Assembly: GCA_043228905.1 (NCBI GenBank)
Contig: JBHGNT010000014.1
Coordinates: forward strand, 18,414,001-18,478,000
Length of the DNA stretch: 64,000 nt
Origin: Azolla caroliniana
Taxonomy: Eukaryota; Plantae; Polypodiophyta
Direction: 5' to 3'
Below the pieces are notes generated by a model. That model was not told the origin of the DNA. It worked only from the letters and a program-made list of their open reading frames with translations, and did not search any database. Numbering within the stretch: position 1 is the stretch's first letter; each line of letters opens with the position of its first letter. The position numbers and the translations under genes were made by a program. This document shows, piece after piece, positions 12,751 to 23,945 of this stretch.

Positions 12751-14295
12751 TGGTATATCTTGTTGCTGATACATTGCTTGTTGTGTCTTTTGTGCATTTT
12801 TCTTGATTGCGTCTATTGGACTGTCCAAAACTTCTTTACATTGGATCGTGTGAACCTGAAGATGTGTGACCTTGCTCTCCTGAGAAGGAGAGCAATCTTG
12901 AGTTAACTTCTCATGTTCCTGAATAATTTCAATTTTCATGTGCACATAAGTTGTTTCTTGTGGATCTGAAACCATGATAGAGGCAACTGTGTTGGCAAAC
13001 ATCTCAGGTTCAATTTCATTTATATCCAGTATTTGTGCATCTATATGCTGATTGACAGTTGGAATTTTTTGCAGAGGCTCCTGACCTTCTTCTCCGTCTT
13101 GCTGACTTCCCTTTTGTTCTTGTTCATTCTCTGCGTCTTTTGGTGCCAGTATCTCTTTAATAATTTGGATTTCCCTGTCATCTTCATCATTGCTAATAGC
13201 TACTTGAGGGATATTTTCAAGTTGATGTTGCTCTTTTTCTGCTTCACCCTGTGTGTCTGTAAGAGCATCCAATATATCTTTGGCAATATGTACTTGAGAG
13301 TCCACTCTATATATGTCCTTAAAGCCTTTGCTTTCTTCTTCTGTTTGGAAATTTTCAGATGCGAGTTCTTTTTGCAGATCTGTTTCTTGTTGCTCTTCCT
13401 TACATATCATTTCACTGTCGATGTATGGTCCAAGCCTGGCTGACTCTTCTGTGTACTTATTTGTTATAACCTGTACATTTTCTATCTCCTGAACTTTTGT
13501 TTCATTGCTCTGATGAATGTTTTCAAGTACTAGAATTTCCTCTGTATGCGTTTGAGGATTAGAGTCGAATGCTTGGATATGGGCATGAATTTCTTTCTCA
13601 AGAGTAGGTTGCTGGGTTGAGATATTTAAAGTTTCTTCTATGTGAGTTTTGGTGTGCTGTATGTCTGTTTCTTTTGCATGGTATTTCAATCTATCAACTG
13701 ATACTTTGATCTTTTCTTGTTTTTCAATCTCTATACCCGCTTCTGGACATGTCTTTCCTGATAATTCAGCCTTGCTATGCTCCTTGTTTGTTTTATCTAC
13801 AGGATTTTCTATGTCCATTACACATTTGGTTGCATGGTCAATTTCATCTGTAAATGTGAGTGAGACATCTTTGGATTCAGATGCTGCTTCAGAACATGTC
13901 ATTAACAGTTCTTTTCCTTTCTTTTTCTTCTGCGCCTTGGGTACAATCTCATCCTCCATGTGGCTCTCTATTAGCTCAGCCACAGGCCTAGCTTCATCCC
14001 TCGGTGTCTGTATCTGGGCATCCTCACTTCTAAACTTTGATACTAATGTGCTACCTGTATCGAGTCTTTGGGCTTCCTGATAAGCTCGAACATCCAATAC
14101 CTTTATGCCTGTTTCTCTTCCATACCTTGCATCTATTACCTCAAGCTCTTCTTTTGTCTTTGGTGCTCGATAGACTGGTTCAAGTGTTTTAAGTATTTGA
14201 GGATGTTCTACAGTTTTGATGTTTGCATATTCTTTTGCTTTTGTGAATGATATAGGTACTTCCTCAGTTGGGATTGGCAATATTTCTTTGACCTG
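7812..14295 (-). CDS. Giant exon 3 (about 6.5 kb) of the acidic repeat-protein gene; ends at TAG 7782-7780 if unspliced
   Basis: 2181-aa ORF 7780-14325. Phase-0 acceptor TTTTTTCAG|CAG|GTC at 14298-14293 with a branch-like GCTAAA upstream. E/Q/D/H/T-rich, W-poor sequence typical of disordered proteins. Confidence 0.85.
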
Positions 14296-14379
14296 CTGAA
14301 AAAATGAACCTTTAGCATGTTTCAAAATTCTCAGCCAAATGCAGAGGGCTGATTTTGAGTTTTGTGTTTAAATTTTCTC

Positions 14380-15331
14380 TCCTATATGCATCGGAGGATG
14401 GATTCGTCATCAGGCCACCTTATATGGACATACATCTATCCTATGCGTTGCGTAGTGTGATAGGTCAGCTGCGAACTTCTGCGAACTTACAGATTGAGGT
14501 AGGCAGATATATACACGACTACCTCTAGAAGAGAGAATTTGCCAATTTTGACATGAAGGAGTGGAATCTAAGGAACACTATGTTTGTCATTGTAGTGACT
14601 TTTATGAAATCAGAGGGAGATACCATTGCCTCTTTAAACAAGGCTTTGGCCCACTACGCAAGGTAATGGAATATGAGGACCAACAATACCTAGGACTTTT
14701 CTTGCTAGAGCTCGAGACATCGAGAAAAGTTGAAGAATACAGCCACACAAGCTCATCCACAAAGAACAATCACAACTTTCTTTAGCTCCATCACTCCTAA
14801 TGCTACAAGTCCATCACGGGATACACAAATGAGCTCCAGACCAGGACATAAGAAAGGGGTTACAATTGATTGGGCAATAGCAATTTGCCATGCACGTAGG
14901 CCCCGGCCCCATGGATCATGACCTCGACACCCTTGTAATCGACAAATAAAAGCCATTATCTCCCGCCATCGTAGGTGCTTCCCTCGTTTCGGAGACATTT
15001 CCATTCTAGATCGACCTATGCTAGAGATCTTTCAAAGACAAAAGCTACAATATACCTAACTTGAGAATCTCACATGTGCCAAAATCCAGATTCCCTCATT
15101 TCTTTTCTTTTCATCTTATTTACTATGTAATATTTATTTTATTTTTGATTTGTTCTCAAAGACGAGACAACAATTAAGATGTAATCTCTTATTTGGTCTT
15201 ATAGGCCATTTCTTTCTCCCGATTTGTCTGCTCTTTATACTTTGAAGCTGGCAATTCATCCGTTTTAATTTCCCTCTCCCACACATAAAATGCATCTGTA
15301 AAATGCATCTTATTCATGACATAAAACAAAA
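14380..15331 (+). mobile_element. 5'-truncated, decayed non-LTR retrotransposon (LINE ORF2 C-terminus plus 3' UTR) in intron 2, antisense to the host gene
   Basis: From 14416 it reads PPYMDIHLSYALRSVIGQLRTSANLQIEVGRY / TRLPLEERICQF*HEGVESKEHYVCHCSDFYEIRGRY (one frameshift, one stop). This matches the 'L.IE.GRY...R.C..C.......H....C' C-terminal zinc motif of RTEX/L2/CR1-group LINEs. Boundaries approximate. Confidence 0.6.
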
Positions 15332-15739
15332 TTTATGAGCTTCTCATTGATATTCCAAAGTATTGTGAAAAGTATCTATCAAATGACCATCACTTTTTTT
15401 ATAGTGACTGGGAAAAAATTTTATTATGCAAATGTTTGCAATATTGTTTCTGTTTGAGCTTGTTTACGTAAGAGCCATCTTGATACCATAAGTTTTAGAA
15501 TTATCATAATTTAACTCTTCTGAAAACTGTGCTATATCAATACTAGGAATTTTTTTGATGATTACTTGATGTAACTCTCATAAATCAGAAGATATCTTTC
15601 TGAAGTAGTTTTTATAATCCTTTCTGTATAATAAGCTTTAGAAGCATGGATGATTGTTTTGTGATACATGAGTATGTAAAGTTTCGTGACTACTAAGAAC
15701 CATAATATTTTTACATATATGAGATGATGTAATGTTTAC

Positions 15740-16633
15740 CTGATATTGCTGGATGATTGTGCTGTCTCCTGCCTCATCTTTATCCAATGTCACTGCAGAA
15801 GTGGTGACCTTTGTGTTTTCTGCAGGATCGTTCGGAGGAAGATCTAGCTTTTCATTTTGCTTAACTACAACTGCATCTGAACTGCTCAGCATTCTGATTT
15901 CTGCCATTGCGTGTTCTGAATGGTCAGATCCCAGCAAGTCATAACTGGAATCTGACTTCTGAGTGTCGTCTTCTGAAAAATTTGCATCAGATACTTCAAT
16001 ATGCTCAAAGCTCTCACTGGAGTCACCTTTCCTGTCTTGTACTACAGCATACTGAGGTGCATTAGTATGAGCAAAAACTTCACCATCATGAACTGTGGTA
16101 GTTCCGATATTCTCACTAGGATTGTTATATCTGTTGACCTGGAATTGAGCAGTTGATGAATTCTCTGTCATTTGTTTAGCAGCAGGAAGCTGAGCATACT
16201 TGCGTTTCTGAGATATTGGTGTTTCTTTTACATCAACACCTAGTTTCTTTGAAGTGGTCACATCTCGTGATTCCACAGTAAAACCAAACTGGCTCATACG
16301 AGCTTTATCTCGTACAGAAGAGGATGATGATGCCTCAATTGAATGGCCTGAATCAGTGGAGAGCTGGCCGATGGGTGTCCGAAACTCGCTTTCATGAAAG
16401 GAACTATCAAGCAGTGGGAATTCGGGGAGTTCATCAGTTGCATCATGAAAACTTTCTGATCCTACAGATGAAGACAGAATATTTAATGGAATGGTTTCTT
16501 TCGTAGCTATAACAGTCCTCCGCCTCAGTCCAGTAGCAGCTGATGAAGAGGTTGATGCTTGTCTCTCCTCAGCCAAGAGAGGCTCCAGTTCCTTCAGGCC
16601 TAGTGGTGAGATGACTAGAGTGGCCTCTTCTAT
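15740..16633 (-). CDS. Exon 2 (894 nt, 298 codons) of the repeat-protein gene, S/T/E-rich
   Basis: Acceptor TTTTTGTAG|ATAGAA at 16634/16633 is in frame with ORF 15638-16576 (IEEATLVISPLGLKELEPLLAEERQ...). Donor CAG|GTAAAC at 15740/15739. Both phase 0. Confidence 0.8.
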
Positions 16634-18273
16634 CTACAAAAATTCCCAGACATTTCATTTCATGTGGATTTTTAGATATCTGCATCAAAACTATTACTAA
16701 ACTTTTAAAAAGCTTAATTTCTCATTAATGTCTGCATGTGCTTAATTGCATCTGCTGAACTGTATGTTGTTTTGTCCATATGCCTATGAAGTCTTTCCAT
16801 GGAGATTAACATGACTTTTTGTTTCGTTTGATTCTCTAGTTCTGTTTTCTTTCACATGGAAGTAGTTATGGTATTGCTGCACACCAGATGGGACACAGAT
16901 GCATGGATCATTTTAAGTGCTATTGCTGTGATACATTCTATTGGGGCTGTCAATTATGAAGAACGTAGAGGCTAACATACTATATTATCAATGAACATGA
17001 CAAGTCTCCAGCATAGTAACATGCAATAGGATCTCACATTAAGTAGACATATGCTGGTATACACAGAAGAAATAAAAGAGTATACAATCAATGCTTGAGG
17101 ATGTAAAATTTTATCTTGTTCAAACATTAAAAATCCTATTCTATACAGAAACACATTCATTATTCTATAGGATTCCTTTGCTTTTTCCATTTATGTTGCC
17201 TTTCACCAGATGATAGTTGTTTCAATCTTGGTCTCACAGGTAATTTTAGCCTTTTTCTCAGATGAGCATCACATCTATTTCCTTAGAGCCCAGTTGGGCG
17301 TTTTCTTTTACAATTGGTATCTGGTGCTCATCCTCTCTGCTTTTTGTTTGGTGAAGATGCTGAGGCACTTAACTTTTTACTTTGTGAAGGCGCCACCAGT
17401 TTCCTCATTACTACTTTAGCCTTTCTTATCCAGCATGTATCAAGCATCATATCTAAAGTCATTTGGCACATCAATATGATATCCAAACAATACACGTTCG
17501 TATGTACATCAAAGCACATTAGCCAATATAAGTTCAGATGGTATTTCTTTTTTACTTAGCATTATGTACGTATTCTTTTGTTGGATATCTGGGACATAAT
17601 TGGAGCTTGCTGAAAAGTGGATGATATAAAAAGGTTGATAGGTTTGTTATTTCTCAGAGATTGCTATTCTATATACTGAGTATTATTACAACTTACAAGC
17701 TGCATAACATTAAAACGAGGCAATGGATGATTTTTTAAAACTATGTTCTGCCAGCAGAGGGGCCTAGATATGCATGTGGAATACACTTCCCTTGAGGTGA
17801 TAGAGGAAGTGCAAGTTTCAAGTTTGTTGTGATGACCTGTTTGTCCAGTTCTCTATGTTTGAGTAACCATAGTAACTAGCTGAAATTATCAAATTTGAGT
17901 TTATTACTCCAGAAGATTGGTGGATGCATGGATGGGTACTCAATGATGTGAAGAGTTTTAGGATATTATGTTAAGTCTCATTAAATTGTCTGGAATCAAT
18001 TTTGTATATTGTGTGCTAATAACCATAGTTCCTTCGGATGGCTCTGTTGTCATCTCATGGGAAGGAAAAAAAACTAACTGTTCCCCAAAGTAAAAATGAA
18101 TCCGACTATACTCAGTCACATGGGCTAACAAAATGGTGAAGAAAATAATATCCTAAAAACAATTGCATTGCGTTTCATAATCTTATGTCAAGTATGGGAT
18201 GATGTATGTGATCTACTGTAGTGTCTAATCAATCAATTACTGAAGGATCAAAGCAATTCAGTAGTAATAATAC

Positions 18274-18501
18274 CTCGGCAGCCACAATGGGCTGAGATTG
18301 GGATTGTGTGGGGGGATGTTGTATAATTGTAGGCGCAATGCTGGAAGCCTGAGCACGTGATGCTGATGCAGATGTCGGGGATCCCACTGGAGATCTCCTG
18401 GGAGAGGACGATGATGAGGATGCGGAGTCTCCGAGAGCTTTCCTGCCCCTCTCCGAAATGAGCTTCCTTCCTCTCTTCTCCTTGCTTGAACACTTGCCCA
18501 T
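18274..18501 (-). CDS. Exon 1 (76 codons), MGKCSSKEKRGRK...IVAAE
   Basis: AAAATGG start context and phase-0 donor GAG|GTATTA at 18274/18273, compatible with exon 2. The N-terminus fits the M-G-x-x-x-S myristoylation pattern with Cys4 and a basic patch. Confidence 0.7.
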
Positions 18502-20112
18502 TTTGATTTGGATTTGATTGGATTGGATTTAATTTGACTTGATGTATCTGTAAAAACTAAAAAGAACGTGCTGATTTAACAAAAAATTGTATATACTTGT
18601 TTACCTTTGTGCTGTTTGCTGGATGAGCTCCGTTTATGCTAAAACAGTCTTGATGCACTGAGAATTCACACACCATCAAAACAAAACAAAACAAAAGAGA
18701 GAAGGATGTAAGCTCCAAGCAAGAGTGCATAAATAAATAAAAACCTGCAACCCTGCGAGGAATTTGGAAAATAAAAGAAATATTTGATTAACTATGAGAT
18801 GCTTTGGATGAACAAGCTAGTGTATTACTAGCTTAATGTTTTCGATTTGGGCCTAAGGTGATGGGTGCATCAAACTATAAAATACTATCTCTCTTTGTAG
18901 TTATACTATTTCTAATTTTTGCAAAAATGATGCACTAATTTCAAATCTTAAGGTGGTTTAAAGATTGGTAGCTATTCTTGGGGGGGATTGGTAGAAGGAT
19001 GTGATTATCTTTTGGTATGATTAACGATAACAAAAATGGATTGGAGTGGGTTGGTATAAGCTTGTGATAATCTTTCCTAATGATGAACAACAATTAACAA
19101 TGAAAATTGATTGGATCAGATTGGATTGGATTGGATCGGATGAATGAAGAAAACAAAGGATCGGAGGAATTTTGTGCTCTATTGATGTTTATGTGTTCAT
19201 GTTGTGGTTTTTTGGAGAGATGAGTGGGGGATGTTGTAATTGTATGCTGATATGCAGGAATTTAGCAAAGCTTGCTACTATATAATAAGAAGGATTGAAA
19301 CAATAACAAAAGGCTCTTGAGCTTAAAGGTGTGTGCTTAGAGGAAGTACTGATGGCAAAAAATGAAGTGTAGCTATATATGTAATGCATATGGTTTGTTT
19401 GCTAGTACTCTTTTGAGCTGGTTTGTGAAGCTTTTTTTGTAGTATACCATTCTACTATCTTGCTTTTCTGCTCAAATGGAATCTCTTCAAAAATCACTTT
19501 TTCCTTTACCTCTCTTAAACAGCAATGCCACTACCCTTCCTAGTAATGAGTTTATCCATCACAACAATACAACTCTTTCTCTCTCTTTCTCAATTTTCCA
19601 TCATTCCACACACTTGCTTGCTCGCGTCTCGAAAAACATGACATTTCGCTCTCATCCCGGAAAACAGAGACATGCTGTCGACACACATCCATGAATTCCG
19701 AGATCTTCCTTCATTAGTTTCTGGAGTTTTGAACTTCCTTTTTTTAATGAAAATGAAAGACACATACATATACATAAAAGCTTAAGAAAGACTGTAGTAT
19801 CATGCTGGGGTTGGGGTATCTACTTTATGTGCTTACTTAAGACATTTATATGTGTGTATATATATTCAATGGGCTTAAATGTCTTCGTCATTATTATTAT
19901 TATCATTATTATTATTGATTTCTGTTTCCTGTTTTGGATGTATCCTTTCAATAACATTCCATTGCTTTGCTTTGTCAATTACTGAATGCTTTTCTTTAGA
20001 ATGCCAACAAAATTTAACAACAAGAATCATCAGAAAAAGAGAAAGGAATTGGAACAACAACATATAGATTAATTTTAGAGTTTGGCATCTAAAATCTTTT
20101 CTTTGTTTTTTG

Positions 20113-20115
<3 letters not shown>

Positions 20116-20150
<35 letters not shown>

Positions 20151-20157
20151 TATATAC
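20116..20157. repeat. (TA)n microsatellite
   Basis: About 40-bp atatat... run with one interruption. Confidence 0.9.
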
Positions 20158-23100
20158 ATGTTGGGAGAATGATGAGATGTGTATTTAAAGGAGGAGAAGA
20201 AAATTAATCCACAAAAATGTGTTCATTGGAATCTTGGAAAGTAAAATATGATGTTGCTGAATGATGATGATGATGTTGTTGTTGATAAGAAGGGATGATG
20301 ACCCATCCTATCCCAACAAACAATCCTCCCATTCATTTATTCAGACTACGTAGAGTCGTCCTGGCAAAATCGTATAGAAACCAAGTTTTCTCTATTTGGT
20401 ATCATCATCTCTAGAACCCAAGTTTTCTCTACTTGGTTTCATCATCTCTACTATTATGGAACTTGAAATCAATGTTATTCGCCCATTCCTAGTGTTTTTC
20501 ACATTCCAAAACGAGACCGTCAATTTCGATAAGATTGGCAATGTTCTAGCAACAAAACTTCATGTTTCTAGTTTTGTTGTAACTGCACGCATCAATGGGT
20601 GTGATATACCTATTTTTTGTATACAACAAACAAGGTTAGGAGTTGTTTATGTGCACTTCATGTGAGTTGTCTCTCCTTTGGTGGATTTGTAATGTCAATG
20701 CTTTCATCGGAACTTGACATCTGAGAGTATTCTTTTCGTGGTAAATTGTTCCCGAGGACTTTTTTTTTAAGGATATTAGTTGCACTAGCTAGCCATTTGT
20801 CATGTAGATTGCAAAGATTCAAAGATACAATTGTCAAGGACATTACATGGCGACTAATGTTGATAACAAAAGGTATACCCCATCTGCTTGATCATCCTAG
20901 ATATATGATTTTTCCCTAACCATGGGTAATAATGCAATATTTTATTGAAAATAATATACATATATACTCTAGTGCAATCTGTATTCATAACCATTTCTAA
21001 AATGTTGGGGGTCATAGGTTGTGGAGTTCATGTGTAAGTACCATGAGATTACTTTGCATTCAATGTCATTAACCTTTGTAATTACATGTAAAAGATATGA
21101 TCATAATGTACCATTGATAGTAGTTGCGAGGCACACTCATACACTTCATTACTTGTTCTTGTACCTTATAACTCAAATGTAGAAAAATAATCTAGTTATT
21201 TGAGTTACTTTACAACTTGGCGAATCTAGGTCCCTTTGTTTCTCAAGAGCATGCTCGATTAGCTAAAGGTGATCATTATTAACAAATACATTAACCGTTT
21301 CGTGTATTTGTAAATGTACACATGACTCATGGCTTCCCTTTGTTCACAAGGGACAAAGTCCTCATATGCTTTTGTTAGATTTAGGTTTAAAGTTGCAAGA
21401 TTCGTTTCATGTATGGAGTCATTCTCAAGACGTTTGAGGCCTACATTACCCCTCCATAGTGACCTCATATTGCTAAAATGTTTATCACAAAAAATCTTTC
21501 AAATGGTTATTAGAGAACATTTTAGGGTAGTTGTGAAACTATAATCTACCAAGAGCTAATATTAACATTCATTGAAGCCAAATGTCACTAGAGCATACTT
21601 AATTGTGTGTCATATGATGATCCTTGATTTGAAGTTAGGTCCTAAAAGAGTTTTCAATGTTATGTTGCAATTCAAGATGCATATGTACATATGTGCTTTT
21701 GTAAGCTCCCTTTATATCCGGTCACTCGACACTATGAGCTTGCAAATAATTACCAAAATGTACTCTCCTTACACAAAAACCAAAACTTTGAAAATAACCT
21801 AAAATGTTTTCAATTTACGAGGTTTTGCTAGATTCATGCATGACTCCATAATGTATACAATATTTTAGCAATTAATTGCAAGCAAAATAGGAAAGTGGTA
21901 TGTCACAAGAATCTTCCTCTTGCCAAGTTGGCCTATGTAAATGAGAATATCATTCATCGTGTTACATGTTTGTGAGCCAAGCGCATTATTGAAGGACATA
22001 GAGGAGTTAAGAAGAAGATCGTTGAGCATAGGGAAGTATGCATAAGAAAAGTGGTATAATAGACTGAGGCCAACCTTGAGACAAGAATAAAGAATGCCAA
22101 AGAGAACAAGTGTTATAAAGGTAGGGATGCCAATGTTATAAATTCATGTTGCTCGTGCTCTTGTACAATTCAATGATAATGTGGGAGTGATTTAATGAAG
22201 AAAGAAGAAGATGAGGACAAGACTTTAAAAAAGAAAAACTCGTTCTCATTGCAAGCTAAAATCACGGTAGTAGCTAAACTTGTAATGCCCATTACATTTT
22301 TTTGTTATACATTATATTATATTTGGAAAATCTTGAGATGAGGTGAAAACCTAGAAAGAATGGATAAAAGGTAGGTTCATAATAAACTAAAACCACGCAA
22401 AGAAGAGAGAATGGAGATGCCAACAATACATAGAGGCACATAGAGTGCACTTGGAGAAGACTAAAGTAATGGTGTAGTTAAGTTATGAGGGGTAAAGATC
22501 AAGAGGGGGGTTGGCAAATTATCCAACTCTTTTGCATTATTTTAATAGCCCATTGCATTTCTATTTCACATCCCACCATGGGTGGGGTTTGGGGCCAAAA
22601 ACCAAAACAAAAAGGAGAGTCCAAACCAAAGTGCTTTATAGCCGACCTTTTTGTGACACGAAGTAAACTGTTCTAGATACCTCATCCTAGCTGGCATCTC
22701 TCATTAAATCTCATGTTATAACATTTCATGTGTATATTTATGCATAGAGAGAGGGATGTTTGACAGAGAACATTGGGCCCAACGGATGACACGTAAAAAA
22801 GAGATGCCCGTCTCACTCAATAGTCCTACAGACTCCTACTATTACCAACACCAATGTTCTCCTTCAATTCATCTTTCATAAAAATCAGGTGCTGCATCAT
22901 GGCATGCCCCGCATTGTTTCCCTACATTTCCCTTCCATTTGTCCCATCATATATAATTTTTGAACAATTTTGTACAAATCCACTAGCTTATGCCAACAAA
23001 TATATGTGAATTGAAATCATGATAATTGTGTTTTGAACGTTTCATACAATTCCTTGGTGGCTCCATAGTATCTATAAAAAAAACCTTAGCATTGCTTTGA

Positions 23101-23492
23101 TACAATGCAAAACTTTAACTAACCTCCATGGTCTTTTGTATTGTTTTTGTACATAAAATTGTGGGAAAGTCTCAAACTATGGCACGATCTCTTTTTTGGT
23201 ATATTTGCCAAAATTGAATGCCTTGGTTACGTAAAGTGCAATCAAGTAATAAAGATATGGGCATTAGTCAAGTGATGGAGTGGTGATTAAATAGATCTGG
23301 CAACTAAAGTTGCCATAATTTAGTAATGTGCAACAAATTAATACACCTTGCTAAATTACATAATCAACTAATTACATAATTTGTTTCATCAATGTCTTAA
23401 TTACATACAAATTGTTCAATCATTTGAGCAAAAAATTAAGCTATATCCATGAATATATATAAAAGAATGTGTGGCATTTCAACAACTACCAA

Positions 23493-23945
23493 AAGAATGT
23501 GTAGTATACATACAAGCAAATGCACATTGAGAGAGACCATGATATTTTCAAAAGATAGTTCCTCAAGAGAAAGTTTTCCTAGCCTCTTGGTTATGAATTA
23601 GATTATGTGGTCTTTATGCCTGATGATTAGCGTATAATTCCAAGTTGAAACCTCATTGCAAAGTTGTTCTAAGCCCATCATAGAAACCATCTTAAGCTCT
23701 TAGAGCAAGAGTAATTTCGAGAGAAGAACGTGTAGTATACAAGCAAATGCACATTGAGAGAGACCATGATATTTTCAAAAGATAGTTCCTCGAGAGAAGA
23801 TAGTTTTCCTAGCCTCTTGGTTATGAATTAGATTATGTGGTCTTTATGCTTGATGATTAGCATATAATTCCAAGTTGAAACCTAATTTCAAAGTTGTTCT
23901 AAGTCCATCATAGAAACCATCTTAAGCTCTTAGAGCAAGAGTAAT
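23493..23945. repeat. Direct tandem duplication, period about 230 bp, 2 copies
   Basis: tacaagcaaatgcacattgagagagacc...cttagagcaagagtaat occurs at about 23511-23715 and about 23738-23945 with few substitutions and indels. Confidence 0.9.

Noticed and set aside
80-14250. Many 60-207-aa plus-strand and off-frame ORFs (S/C/F/L-rich) repeating every 1467 bp
   Set aside because: Antisense or off-frame shadows of the E/Q/D-rich minus-strand coding repeat, with no independent coding signal.
14296-14325. Start of the 2181-aa ORF at 14325 (and of the 312-aa ORF at 16576)
   Set aside because: Both are TTG codons; the good in-frame splice acceptors nearby make them internal exons.
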